From assembly GCA_012295275.1 (NCBI GenBank), contig CM022665.1, forward strand, positions 23,622,001 to 23,686,000: DNA of 64,000 nucleotides. Direction: 5' to 3'. The translations under genes were made by a program, and so were the position numbers. Below are positions 15,353 through 30,188 of this stretch, in pieces. Position 1 is the first letter of the stretch. Each line of letters opens with the position of its first letter. The stretch is from Chrysomallon squamiferum. Taxonomy: Eukaryota > Animalia > Mollusca. The notes beneath the pieces were generated by a model that saw only the letters and a program-made list of their open reading frames with translations, was not told where the DNA came from and made no database searches.

Positions 15353-17259
15353 CCACCACCACCCTTTTTATAGCTTTTTCTACACTGTATTGCTGAATTT
15401 TAGTTGTACCATAATTACGGTATAACTGAAGATCAGCTACAAAATGTATTTCTAGAACTTGAGAATTGTGTCACGATTCGTATCTATAATAAGCGTGGTT
15501 ATGTTCAAAATTAAGAATTTCAACAATAAATACATTTAAAAATCCAGAAGTGCTTTTTTTAAATCCTTTTTACAGATCAGTTCACCTATGCATAGATCAG
15601 AAATTATTAAACTTTTAAACTGCACAAGGACTTTAAAATGACACTTTGTATATTTACAGTTTGGGTGAATCAAGCGATGATATTGTTAGTAGCTAAGTGC
15701 TTACCATAGGGTTGTAGATGTTAAATTTTTAATAGTAGTAGTTGTTGTTGTAGCAGCAGTAGTAGTAGTTGTAGTAGCTGTAGTAGCAGTGGTAGTAGTA
15801 GCAGAAGACGAAGAAGAAGTAATAGATTTACTGATGGTAGCAATAGCAGTAGAGGTAGTAGTTTTGTTATTAGAAGCAGTAGATGTTCTTCTGATAGTAG
15901 TAAGTGTAGCGATGATTGTGGTAGTAATAGTTGTAGAAGTGGTGATCGTGGTTGAGGTATATCATAATTAATAAAGACAATAAGTAATCACTGAAGATGT
16001 CAAATTAACTTTTGTATCAAATATTTTGTTACACAGCTGTAATTCCGAAAATATAATAAACCAAATCACTCAGTCTGTACCGCACACTCACACATAACAC
16101 GTATTTCAGGTTGGAATTGCGTTGATTCATCGAATAGGTTGCAGATGGTGACAGCATAAGAACCCATACTTCCCAGAGCTGCCATTGCCGCCATAAAAAA
16201 ATGTCAGCCATCTCGACAATACTCATTTGTCTTGACAGCTGAATTCAATTATCGGCTATTACATCACACTGTTTATTTGATTTTTTTTTTTTTATTACCT
16301 CGCAGTGTTAGAAGCAGGCGCTGCAACGCAACGGTTTCCCAGTGAGAAGAAATATGAATATCAAGAAAGGGCGCTAGCCGACAGACCTTCTCTACCGCGT
16401 AGTTCCTGAATGTGATTGCATGCAAGCAGTTCTGTTCAGCAGAGCCTGGCGAGCTTACCTCTGATTAAACCATTGCTGTAGTTCAGTCTGATGTGATAGC
16501 TCGTTTGAGAATCATTCAGGCACGATAGTTTCCTTTCAGACCAGTGCTGCGTTCCTGATAAAGCAGGAAAATCTCTCTCGTGTTGAAAAATGTTCCTATA
16601 ATCTCTTCTGTGTATGAACACAATTCGAAATTGAAACATTTATTACGTGATAAGACAGGGGTGTTCAGACTGAGGGCGTGGTTTATAATACTGTTATATA
16701 TTACCGCCGCTATGATCATATGTGATGATTGTGTCGACGGCAGGCTTGCTTACGTAGTTATCTTAATGGAAATATGCTAAAGAAAAGTATCTATAACCGC
16801 GTGTATAAAAATAAATATTCTTCGTCCTTCTATCTAAGTGTAGCCAGTTGATAAATGTGTGAATCGGTTCTATTACAACTTTGTAAATGATAAATCAAAG
16901 AATGTGGCACGTGTTGGGATGAAGTTACAGAAGAAGAAGAAAAAAGACCATCCGTACAGCTAAATATAGAAGGGAGTTAAGTCACGTTCTTTCCAATATC
17001 TGGATTGACAGTAATTAGTTAATAGAGATCTTGTTTTTAATGCCTGGTTCCTGAGCTGTTACCTGAGTGAGACGGGATGAAGAAGCTAACAGTTGGTACC
17101 TTTCAAGCAATGAACTGTCTACAGTTTAATAATGTAAAAATGAAATCAGTTAATTATTTTACCACATAATGAACATCTGTTTCCTAACTAGAGATTTATA
17201 CACAAATTCACTTGACGGTGAAAGTAAATAGATTACATATTTATATCAATAAATATATA

Positions 17260-17260
<1 letters not shown>

Positions 17261-17290
<30 letters not shown>

Positions 17291-17374
17291 TGTATGTATG
17301 TATGTATGTATGTATGTATGTATGTATGTATGTATGTATGTATGTATGTATGTGTATGTATGTATGTATGTATG
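17261..17374. repeat. (TATG)n microsatellite
   Basis: Direct inspection. Confidence 0.95.
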
Positions 17375-18355
17375 ACGTATTAAATTCAAAGAAATAAAAA
17401 GGAAAAGGAAAACAAAAGAAACATTAGTTTGTGTGTTATTAATATATGTCTAAGGAATGGCATGTTTACAAACAGCTCCACTAGAATGAAACACAGGGAA
17501 TTTCATTTAGTGCATTTATGACACATTTATTAAATTACCTGCACCTGGAAACCCGAGTTTTGTGAAAATGATTCGTATTGTTAAATACTGTACTTTGTTT
17601 GAATTCAAGAGGAGAGGCGCACATCATCATAGACTAGCATGAAGCATAACTTCTGCATTATTCATTACTAAAACGAGAAAACATTAGTATTACGTTTCAT
17701 GACGTGGATGTCACCGCACCACTCTTTTGAAAAATGATGATTTTATCAGTTTAACAAATCTAACAATTCTTTAGACCTGATGTTTTGGATGAGTGGAAAA
17801 AATGAACAAATTAATTAATTATTAAGCAGATTTATTTTTTACGAAGTAACAAGAAACATAAAAAAATAATAATAATAATAATAATAATAAAAATGAATAA
17901 ACAGAAAACAAGCTGCTGTGAGAGGCAGTGATGATTTTCTTTTATCATGTAAAACGTGTCTCATACCTACCCAAATAAAGTCACGTAGTTACGTGGCCGT
18001 TAGGTACTGCGTACAAACACTGGCGTCAGGCTCAGCCCAGATATGAATGAGAATAATCTGCGTCTAGAGACACTGACTCTTCCTTTACTAAAGATGATGC
18101 TATTTGAAGATACTACCAGGAATTAAAGAAAGCCCAGTAATAAACTACAGCTAAGTCTACTTCTAATGTAGAATCGATGCAAACCTTATTGTAATTTGAC
18201 TGTGATACCATATCAGCCCAAGTCGTTTAGATCGTTTATCATTAAGCATGTCAGGCGAATTCTCCTGTTTATTGGAAATCAAATAAAACAAATTGATTCG
18301 TAAGATTTTCAAAGCGGGTTTGAGCACGGTTGTCTTCTTCATCATATACGTACCC

Positions 18356-18476
<121 letters not shown>

Positions 18477-18786
18477 CGTTCTTACAGAACATTTAAAAAG
18501 AAATCAGTATCCCAACTGTTTAACGGTAATGAAACAGATTTTCATGTTTCTTGGTAACATTCTTAAGAAATAGTTGTTGCTCTTATTAAAATAATTTCAA
18601 ATGGCAATTCATTGGTGTGATTATATATAGTCGTATGCTTGTTGATACACTGCATGGTATAAATGCGTATGTGTATGAAATACAATTTCGTGATATAATT
18701 TTATGATATCAAACGATATGACGAGACATACGATAATACAACAAAACATATATTTCACATGCGTATCACACACAACACATATACAA

Positions 18787-18817
<31 letters not shown>

Positions 18818-18938
18818 TACACACACACATCACACTTTGTCATATGAAATAAGTATCGTGTAAGTGGAATTTGACATTACTCGATATTAATTTAGATACT
18901 ACAAATTTGTAAATACGATTTGTTAATTATATTTGCAG

Positions 18939-19295
18939 GTTGGAGCGGATCTATCATCAAAGTTGAATCACACTTCATTTGCACATACATCGGCTTTGAT
19001 TTCTTTGTTTAACTGTCACAATACAGTTTACCTTGCAATTGTTCTCATCCACACGTGCTTTCAAGTGCCACTAACTTTTGCGTCGACTAGGGAGCCAAAA
19101 TAAATAACCTCGTGTTGCCATGGAAGTGGACACATTATTCCCAAGTGCATACAGACGAGCACAGCGTGCTGGGAAAAGTGTCTGGTTTGTATAACGGTAA
19201 CTCGACGCCAAAGCTGGCCGCGATGAATTAATTCGGGCAAGACTGTACTGTCGGTAGAAGCAGGTTTACAGCGGATCGATATTAAAGCAGGCAGT
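18939..19295 (+). other. Probable 5' UTR part of the first coding exon of gene 1
   Basis: Acceptor-like ttaattatatttgcAG|G at 18931-18939, followed by more GC-rich non-repetitive sequence up to the ATG. This implies an upstream non-coding exon. Confidence 0.45.
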
Positions 19296-19510
19296 ATGGG
19301 CTGCCAACCTTCGCGGGATCCACATTCGATTCAGAGTGAGGTTCCCAATGAAATCGAGGAAGAAATGGCGGAGCGTTTGGAAGAACCCGCTCCGCCTGCG
19401 CCTACAGATCCACGGTTACCCCTAACAGCCCTTCAGGTTTTCAAGCTTAAAAAGTCATGGAAAGGGATTAAAAGATGTATGGAAGCGACAGGAGTCGAGA
19501 TGTTCATAAG
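19296..19510 (+). CDS. Globin gene 1 (globin X-like / neuroglobin-like, N-acylated), coding exon 1
   Basis: ATG in strong context (agtATGG) gives MGCQPSRD...EEPAPPAPTDPRLPLTALQVFKLKKSWKGIKRCMEATGVEMFI-R. It contains the globin A helix (SW, Trp A12) and B helix. It ends at the consensus donor AG|GTAAGT (19511) in phase 2, the conserved B12.2 intron. The DPRLPLT..SWKGI motif matches invertebrate GbXL as I recall it. Confidence 0.93.
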
Positions 19511-19935
19511 GTAAGTGGGGAAAAAACGTTTGATTGCGAAACGTAGTAGCGAATGTAATTTTTGGAGGATGGCTAAAATTAAGTTGAGAGAAAATAGAAA
19601 ACACCGTCTTGGAATAAATCAATAACTGTTAGAAGATACACGACACGACACATCTTGAATTGTCTCTTTTTACGCATTCTGAATGTTTGTTATTGTTTAG
19701 AATTTTTTTATTATTTATTATTTTTATCCTGACTTTGATGCTGTTCTCTTTTTTTTAATGTTTAATTTACTGAAATATTAAAATGATGTTTTGTTTATAA
19801 TAACAGTGAATGAACTCTTCGTTGTAATATTAATTCGTTAATTATTTTGTTTTATTATTATTATTTTTATTATTATTATTATTATTGTTATTATTTAATA
19901 TTATTATTATTATCATTATTATTATCATCATTATA

Positions 19936-19985
<50 letters not shown>

Positions 19986-20399
19986 CATCATCATCATCAA
20001 TATTATTATCATTATTATTTAAATGGACCCAATAGGAATTTGGTATTGATTTGTTCAGTTTACATTCTTTTGCAATATTGCTATCCACAAAACTTGTTTT
20101 CCCTGAACATTTTAATTTCACATTTTATAATTATTTTTATATATTTATATATGTAGGGTTTTTTTTCACAATGCATATCTTACAGATGACTGGTTCATAT
20201 AAAATATAGATATATGTTTGTGACAAGCTGCTTTCTCTAGAGTTAATATTTTTTTAGCTGAATTTATTTCCGTAAAAAGGAAATTAAGTACATAGGTCAA
20301 TTGCAGACGTTATTGTTATTATTACTATTATGTACTAGTTAGATTTTCTCGGTTTTCTCTGTCTCTTTTGGAACCATTTTTTCGATATTTTATTATAAG

Positions 20400-20517
<118 letters not shown>

Positions 20518-23435
20518 TGACGGTCTATCTTTTTTCCACCTTCTGTCTTACTTACTTTCTCTCTGTCTCTCTTACAATCTTCCTATCTTTCAAGTTTTCG
20601 TCTTGGTATTGTTGTCTTTGTCTCTTTCTCTCTATTTGCCATAATCTGTCTTCTGCCCTTTTCATCTTAGTCTACATTCGTTATTTCAAACTGTATATAA
20701 ACTGTCGACAGGACGTGTATCTCGGAGAGAAAGAGACCTAACTGAATTAATAAATGAACGAGATTTTGAACGCCACTCACCGACAAGTGGGAAATGATAA
20801 ATAGAACCAATCTAACCGACAGAGAGGCAGTAATCAAGAGAATTGGAATCTGAAGCGCTAAAATAATATAGAGAATGGACTGACAGAAATAAAGAAAGGA
20901 ATAATCAGAATTCTACGTACATATTTACATGTAATATAACATAAAAAAAAAAAAATGATTACGGTAAGCTAACTCTCATACGTGACGATACAAACGAACA
21001 TAAATATATATATATATAAACTAAGAAAACAAAATTAAAAGCCAGACATTTCATGTATAAATATATCCATGAACATATGTTACCGACAGCTGAATCGTGG
21101 TTATTCAGTGAAAATCTATTGAAAAACACCACAAAGCACCAAAAAAAATATCAGTAAATAATTGAAAAACTTTCTTATTTACATTCTGTAAAGAAATCGA
21201 AAAAAAGAGAAGGAAAAACAAACACACACGGCAGATAATCTTTGTTTGTTCTAAAGACGTACTTAAATGTTTAAAATACTAGAATGGGATGAGTGGATGA
21301 TGTCATCTCGTAGTCTTCGGTAAACACAACAAACAAACTGCTATCTAAATTAGCATATGATAGAATATTTCTGGAAAAAAAACAAAAAGAGAGAGAGAGA
21401 AAAAAAATGCCTATGCTGAGTTTATCACGTCTACAAAATCAATGTCAAATTAGTGAGACTACAAGCTGTAGGAAAACGTATGTTTTCTTCTCTTTTTTTT
21501 TTGTTAGCGTGATGTGAGAGACAGCAATTTCGAAGAAAGTAAAATCTTCCATGTGCACTTGTTAAATTACGTAAATACTGTTTCTTCTTTACGAATTACT
21601 GAAGTTTAACGTAATAGCTAGATAATTCTAAACATCTGAAGAAGCAAGCATTAAAGCTTTGTTGGTAGACAATTTGTTGCGGTTTTAAACTGTCAAAAAT
21701 GTACTCAGAAAAATTGTAACGCTCTTTAAAATCATAATTTACGTATTGTTCGAATCTGGTATACTGATAAGAAACTGATGTTTTAAAAAAGAAGCTTATT
21801 AACGTTATGTATATTTTTAGCCAGACGTAGAAATAAGTCATCAGGTTTAACAGCGAAAGACAGCAACATTTAGCCAAAATAGCAACTCTCCGTCTTCGGT
21901 ATATCATGTAGCTAATTATCCATTTCACGAATGGTGATTTATGTTTCAAGTTAGTGAACATAACCGAAATTGAAATCAAGGGGTACAAAAACGTTTCGTG
22001 AAAAGTAGTACATATGATTTAGTTCATTTCAGAGAAGACTGCATAAGCCAGTAATATAAGTATTTTACACTGTCGAACCTAACATTATAATTTGCCTGCA
22101 GTATTTCATTCACGGCGCCCTAATAAAACGACTTATGACAACGAGGGATCATTTTAGAATTGTTTTGAGAAAGGAAATGTTACAAGCTAATTGTATCTTG
22201 AGAGAAAAAAAAATCTTGTGTTGTTCGTCCCAGATAGGTTTAACTTATACGATTAATGGTCTTTAGTTAGAGACAATATTTGCTTCAGCGGTCTTATAAT
22301 CTCTTCAGTATGTCCTCTTTTAACAGCCGATGTTATAGCGAGATCAAAAGTAAGAGATCAGTGATCCTCATTACACTTATATAACAGAACTGGCCTGAAC
22401 GAAAGCAGTAAGGCTGAGCCCTTCTAACCGTTGGAGACCAACTGACATTTGCAGAAGAGCAATATCCTGGTATGACACTCGTTGTCGTGAGTGGAGGATT
22501 AGCAAAACATTGTTCTGAATATTGTGCTCTGCTGATAGGTAATCATGATAAACTTTGTCCTTCGAGCGATGAATCTTAGTGATAACAACATGCATAATAT
22601 TTCTGTTATTTAATGATACTATATATATGTATATATGTTCTACAGATCGTACATTGGTAATTGTAAAAAAAAAAATGTTGACAAAAAATTGAGACAGACA
22701 GACAAAACAAGACTGACAAGCAGACAGATAAATCGATATCTAATATTATATGTTAATACAAACATAATCAGTTCCTTTAGCAATTATCAGCATTATGCAG
22801 TATAAAAGAATTTCAGTCTTAGACTTAATTATAATTCTCAAATTAAAAGCTCTGATAATTAATGACATCTTAATTGCTTTAAGATCAGTTGCATTGTATA
22901 TTTTTGTATAATCATTTGCTTTATTTTCGACACACACACACACACATATACATACACACACACATACATACACATTAACATCAATGCACATTACAGAAGG
23001 TTTAATTTTTTTTATTAAATATATATTAATTTACATCGTTGGAACATGCCTCGAGGAACCTAATGGGATAAACACCTGTTACACCTTCTTATCAAAAGTA
23101 TTATTTTAAATAGGCTATAAAAGGGTTTCCTGAATTCGTGATAAATGAAGCCCAAATACGTTTTAGTATTAATATATCTTTTGTGTCAAACATATTGATC
23201 TTGTTTTGTTGTTGTTGTTGTTTCATATACCGATGACATGTTAATAGACATTCTCTGCCCTTGGCAACTTTTATCAGTTAGCAGAGACGAATCTTTTATA
23301 ATCACCTTTCCTTAGACAGGAAAAAAACATGATTATTTTTTACAAATTAGTCGTTGGCTGGAACGGGAAATAAGCAAACAATAAAATCGTTTATTTATAA
23401 AATAAGCAGAAGGAACAAAATCCAGTCTGGTCATC

Positions 23436-23660
23436 AAGGGCCGGACCTGAGAGATATCTGGGGGGCGGGTTCCTGTTGTGGATATAAAATGACATAAAAT
23501 CCATCCTCTTTGTCATCTGTAAATTCTCATTTTTATTTTATTTTAATATTTTGCATTTATTTTACTTAAATTGACTAGAATGTAAAGGGGTTCAAAATCA
23601 ACAACAACAAACAAAGAAAACAAAAAATCCAAACTTAATATTCTTTCAGGTCTGACCCTG
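23436..23660. mobile_element. MITE with ~19-bp TIRs
   Basis: Left end aagggccggacctgagaga matches the reverse complement of the right end, cagggtcagacctgaaaga, at 15/19. No clear TSD. Confidence 0.55.
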
Positions 23661-23904
23661 ACATACAAATATATTTAATCATTTTTGCAATTTTACTCCA
23701 GTACCTTATCAGACTGTTGAATTACATAAATATATAAGATATATTATATTACACACGGATACATTACATTTTTATTTATATATATATATATATATATTTT
23801 TTTTTATCATTTAAAAGATAAAATGAGCATTTTTGAAAAGTGATATACAGATAACATTCGCTAGAAAGTTTTATTATAACGGTATATTTTTCTTTCTTTC
23901 TTTC

Positions 23905-23940
<36 letters not shown>

Positions 23941-25195
23941 CTGTCGTATTTAGAAGGGGGAAAAAAGCCATTATGCTGGTATCTTTATACAGAAAGTTAA
24001 TCATTCCTGCTAGATAAAGTTAAAACATTTTACCAACCAATCCTTTAACATGCTCATCTGTTTCTGTTGTTTTAATATATATAATAACCAAGATAATTAC
24101 TTCCCAACGGACTGTGTTGTTTTGGATATTGCTTTTGTTCTTAATCATAATTACATATATTGTCAGTACATGTCGGAAAAGTGGTGCATGTTAATAATGA
24201 GATGTATGTCATTTAAAAGTACCTTTTATGAAATGAGAGTTTTGGCCACAGGAAAACAGAAATTAGACGTGCAACTTATAATTATTAAGGTTTGTCATAA
24301 ATCTGTCTCAGACATTACAAATGTAGATGTACAATTGTGATATTATTCTAAAAGCTTTGAACTAGCGTCCAGATTAACTTTATTGAAATTTAAACCACAG
24401 AAATGTTACTCTCATTTTTTTTTCCATACCCATTTAAAATGTGATTGTACATTAATATAATTACGAGTTTCTCAATGTTTTTTTGTTATTGTTGTTGTTG
24501 TGGGTTTTTTTTAAATTTTATTTTAAAGAAAATGAAAGAAAGAAACGGGAGAAAAATAGAAGCTTGATTCTCTTGGTTATAATGATAACAAAAATCATTT
24601 AATCAAATGACAGTAATTATATTAATCAAATTTTCAACGACCAGAATGGATGGGAAAGTCGAACGTAGTGATTATAAGCGAAAGGTTCGTGCTTATGCAA
24701 ACGGAGACTTCATTTCTCAGGTAATCGTGTTTCTAATGATGTTCTTCGCCAATTTGTTTGCAAATGAAGATCATATCTCCAGTTAATCAAGTATCTAGTA
24801 ACGTTCTGTATCCGGCTATTTGCTCTCTGGCTTTTAGAACTGACAAATTAATCAGTAACGTATGTACGCCTGGTTGCAGTTGGTTGGAAAATTCGAGAAC
24901 AGCTACGACAGGTGTGTGCGTACACCTACCTCACTTTTCAACTGCTCCTTAACCTGCTGCGTAAACTTGTTCGGTATTTACACTGCTGTCATTCAAGGTT
25001 TGCTAATACCGTAGCGAGAAAATACATCTTGAAGGTTTTAGTTTGCTTTCAAATAAATACACTGACGTATTAGTTAAAGGTCAAATATATAAATATATAT
25101 ATGCATATTTTTGAAGCATAAAACAATCCACAAATTGAGGTACACGAGAAAGCATGTTTTGTTACTAAATATCCACAGATGTTTTAATAAACAGA

Positions 25196-25293
<98 letters not shown>

Positions 25294-25706
25294 CTTTCTC
25301 TTACACAAACACACACACACACACACACATACCCACTAGTGCTAGTACAACATATTTAGATCCATCATCAAATTTCAATGTGTTTGCACATAAAGACACT
25401 AAAAACACTTCTCATTTATTACAAGTTTCTGTTCAATTATTTTCTCGCTTAATGTCTATTGATTGTCAGTTGTTGGATTCTGTATTGCTAAAATGTCTTT
25501 CAAAGTAAAGGAATCAATGCTCTTGTGACATAATTCTGAATGTGAAAGTTGATTTTCATTGACAGCTGAATTTATTTAGCGTGGTACTGAAAATTGAAAC
25601 GTGCATGTTCTAACGTTTGTAAAGGAGAAAGAAAGAGTTGAAAAACGGATGGAAGACAGGAAAAACAGAAAGAGAGAGGGAGAAAGAGAGAGCCAGACAG
25701 ACAGAC

Positions 25707-25794
<88 letters not shown>

Positions 25795-26617
25795 ACTTCG
25801 AGTGTGTTTGAAAACGTGTTGATCTCTCAATGGAGAAGAGTAATGAAACGAAACCAATGGATAATATTTTATCCTGGAAGCGTAAAGGTTAATAATATAT
25901 TTCCTTCTAAAGACTCACAATTGCGTCATATTCATGTTTTATATTTTGGTCATTTATAACGGCACTAACATAGCTGACAGTAAACTTTTTATATAAAAGT
26001 CTGACGATAGTTCCTGTGTTATTATTAGATCGTTTCGCTTATTTGATAACTGAAGAGATATTACGTCTTTATACATAAAATATCCACATTCCCAAGAGTT
26101 AATCAAATTTTACGTTTTATGTCTGCACATTAAAGCACAGCATGTAGTTTCGTCGTTTACATGAAATACTTTTTCTTATTCAAACCAAGTGAAATATTAA
26201 ATCAATAATCACAGCTGCTTTAATGATAAATTCATGTATTCACTAAAAGTGAACGATGCGTACAACTTTAATATAACTATAATATTACTGTAGTTTTTCT
26301 TATTTCTGTTCCATCGCCAGCTTTAAAACTGGTAACCGGCATATATGTAGAAAAATAAATAACTAAGTAAGTAAGTAAATAAATAAATAAATTTTAAAAG
26401 TTTTTGAAAAATATATACTAAAAGATCAAAATGATAAACATAATAATTTTGAAGTTAGTCGTTTTGCTTTCATTTTTGATTGTAAGACTGTTAATGTTGC
26501 TTCTGAAGCTAAATATCCTGAAGCCTACATTTCTTTTTACTTGTTTCGACATATTTATGTATTCATGTTTTAGATATTAAGGCATAGGATTAAATATTTC
26601 TTTTATTACATTATCAT

Positions 26618-26663
<46 letters not shown>

Positions 26664-28650
26664 CATGTTTATGAAAATTATTGATTTGAATGTTTTAAAA
26701 GGTCCGAAAAAAAAAAAAAAAGAAAGAAAGAAAGAAAAAGAAACAAAAATGAATTTAAGAAAACAGTTCAGTTAATGTAATAATTAACTGAATAAAACAT
26801 GTTACCATGATATCTGCAAGGAACTATGTTTTTCAAACAAAATGTTTTTAAATCGATTTTTATTGTCAAAACACATATGTAAAAGTGCAGTTCCTTTATA
26901 CCTGTATAAACATGCTTCGCAGTCAACAATTGCATATATCGGTATTACTCTAATAATTATGACATCTCTCTAATGCATAACTAGTGTTAGAAAAATGACA
27001 CCATCATTACGTTTTTAAAATAAATAAAAAATCAGATATCTATGCATGACATAGCCCTGGGGATGCTTTAACAAAAGCTTATCGAAGTATCATTGATAAG
27101 AAGAAAAATCAATTATATCAGGCGAGACAAAAACAACCAAGCTAGGACAATAATATGTGAAATTTGAGTATGAGGTTTGTAAGTATAGTATTTGAATATC
27201 ACGTGATCTGTCCATTTGCATCTGGTCACCAATGTTTTCGGCTGACACCAGTAATTTGAAAAGCTTCTTATACTCTTCTAGTACACTGACTGGAACCAGT
27301 AAATAGTGCTTCTACTGCAGTCATAATAATTTCCTCTGGAGGACGTGCACCGTCGATGACCTGCCACAATCAGTATCATCGCATAATGACATCTATCGCT
27401 CCTAGCCTACAACGATGTGGCTTTATAGCCACTGCCAACACACTAAGAACAGCTGGCGCATTTGCAGTGGAAATGGATGTAACGTGGTCTGCTGATTAAC
27501 AATGCATTCGTTCCAAAGCCCAAAATTCGAATACGATTAGCCTCAACTTCTGAAAGACCTGTCCAAGTAGGCAACAGTTTGCAGAGCATTGTCTGTTAAG
27601 TCACACTCTGGGAATGTCTGGGTTCGACGTTAATCAACGGCTTCTTGTTAAAAAACCTCTTCCTAACATACTGTTTTCTTATATAGTTGGTTACCATTCG
27701 AATAAACCACTATAATATGTGTTTAAACAAATACAATGACAAAGTCAAAATATCATACAAATTATCTGGCCAACCCTTCTGAAATAATTCACAAATTTCT
27801 CTGAATAATGATAACTGGCTAAAATGTATTGGTGTTTTAATCAAACATTTCAAGATGTTGCGGGCCTGCAGTAGTAAATAATTTCATTTAGTGTTCTTGA
27901 GTGGTGAAAAGCCTGGCACATTGCCGATCATTTTCGCAGACACTTAGTAGTTTAGCTATTCGTTTACTCAGCTTCGTTTTGCCCACAACGTTAACTAGAC
28001 CAGCTCCTGGGGAGTATAATAACCATGCCCGTCTGCTCATTTGCCTGTTCGATAATACATTAGAGACTATAGCAGCTGGCCATCGTCTTGATTCAGTTCA
28101 GTTATCATTCTACACTGCCGGATGTCTTAGGGTTTTAGACAGCGAGATGCCGCGTTCCTGTTACAGTTCTAACCTTGGTAGGACAAAACACAACAACGCA
28201 GACGTTTAAATATGATATGATTAACACGTGTGTGTAGAGATAACATGCACTAAGAAAGTATTTTTATAAATAACCAAAGCTAATAAAGCTTGCTTGCTTA
28301 CCTGAATCAATGCAAATAAAATTATATAAAATTACACACACACACACACACAAATACACACATTCACATACCGACATACAAACGTAAGCATATAACTTTA
28401 GAAAGTCGGTAACTAACGATCTTCTAATCTGGTTAAAATAATGAAACAACGAGCTTCAAACAACATTAATTTCTTAATGCCTAAGCGTTTGGAAAAACGA
28501 TAACAATAGTTATGAAAAACTAACAGCTGCTGTTTCATCAAGTTTAAAGTGGTATTCAAGTACAAAAAACATATGTTGCAGATCGCTTACATCATTACGG
28601 ATTTCTGTTCACAGTCATGCCTGACAGTTGAATTCATCATTATGCATATA

Positions 28651-28810
28651 CAGTCAAAACCTGTTTATAACGGCCATTCATGGTATAATAGACAGGTGGT
28701 TGTCATACAGAGTTAAAATATATAAGAAAATCCATCACGGGGGAACCTCAAGGTGGTCGTTATATAGAGGTGACTGTCATACAGACTGACCACGAAAGGA
28801 AGTTTGACTG
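28651..28810. mobile_element. Tc1/mariner (pogo/Tigger-like) MITE, ~160 bp
   Basis: Ends TA|CAGTCAAAACCTG ... GGAAGTTTGACTG|CA form imperfect TIRs with a TA-like target site. Internal ggtggtyg..tatagagg subrepeats are typical of such MITEs. Confidence 0.7.
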
Positions 28811-30155
28811 CACGTGAAAATTGTAAATAGACCATTCTCTGTTAGAAAGCATGCTGATTTTACCCAAACGCGCTACAACATAAAATTATAATTAGTTGTT
28901 TCTGTTACCGAACGATGTAATATTGTTATTTACTAAGACCGGAGAATGCGACGAATAATTACATTAATTTAAAAGAAAAACATTCGTAAGTACCAGTCTG
29001 ATAAAAAAGTGAGACATGGTTTGTTTAAACATAGGTCATATATCAAACTGCAGTTACCATCATACTGGTAAAATTGCCTACGACCTTTTCAGAGGCTTAA
29101 AGAAGAAAAGCAACCTATTTAGTGTCAATACAGACACGAATTTCTCTGTGTGTCTGCGTTCAGTCCTTCGTTTCCTATGATTAATTGTTTTTTCCGGTTC
29201 TGTTTACTTTTTTCTAATTGATTTCAGAGATAAAAATGTGCAGCAAACATTTTAGATTTGTTTTCCTTGTTATATTTAGAACACGGTATTTAATTAACAG
29301 CTTATTCGTACGTGATTTTAGTGATTACAAGTCCATTGCTCTAATTCCTTTATTTATTTATTTTACTTTATTTTATATTATTTGTTTTTATTTTTATTTT
29401 TATTTTTTTTAAATTTACCTCCCCATCTTCTTATTTTATTAGGCAAGGCAAAAGCTTAGTGACAGAGCGCATGCGTGAAGCGACATCTGCTGCAAGATCA
29501 ATAGTGCTACCGCTGTTTTTTTCCCGATCCAGCCATACCATCATAAGTGATTTGTCAAGGACCATTGTATCTGATTTTTTGATTACAGGAGGGAAAATGC
29601 AGAAAAACAAAGCTCTTGTTGCGAATCGTGTGAAGAATGGTGGCAGCTGGTTTCATGTTAAATGATTTAATAACATAATCTATTACTGACATCGAAAATA
29701 TGTTCAGGCATCGATAAACATTCATACAGTCTTTTCATTATTTTGTCACACTAATCTATTTTTAATACTGGATTAAATCTGCTGTACGAAACAGAAATCC
29801 CAGTATTTCTGGAACTACAATTAAGTAGTCATCACATTCTGCAATTCTTTTCTTTCCTCTTTATTTTTATTTTTATTTTTATTTACTTATTTTTATTTAA
29901 TTTTTAGTTGGAAATAAAGGCGAGAAGGAAAGAAAAAAAAAATGACGAAATGATATCAGTTTGCAAATCTTGATTTCTTTTTTCTTATAGTTAAATTAAC
30001 TTTCAAGTGTCAGTCATTCATTGATTTCTTTTCTTTTTCAGTTTTTCAGTTTTAGATGTTTCAGAGAAATGTTAATATGCATATATTAACTTTTCTCTGA
30101 AATCTTCATTTGAATAAATGAAGTAAAAACCTTTATACAGATTTAGCTTAATTTG

Positions 30156-30188
<33 letters not shown>

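Noticed and set aside
21596-21988. 130-aa minus-strand ORF in intron 1
   Set aside because: Non-ATG start, composition typical of AT-rich noise and no motif.
27200-27640. Possible decayed Tc1-like transposase N-terminus on the minus strand
   Set aside because: Only vague motif resemblance with stops and frameshifts. It needs BLASTX or Dfam confirmation, so it is not called.
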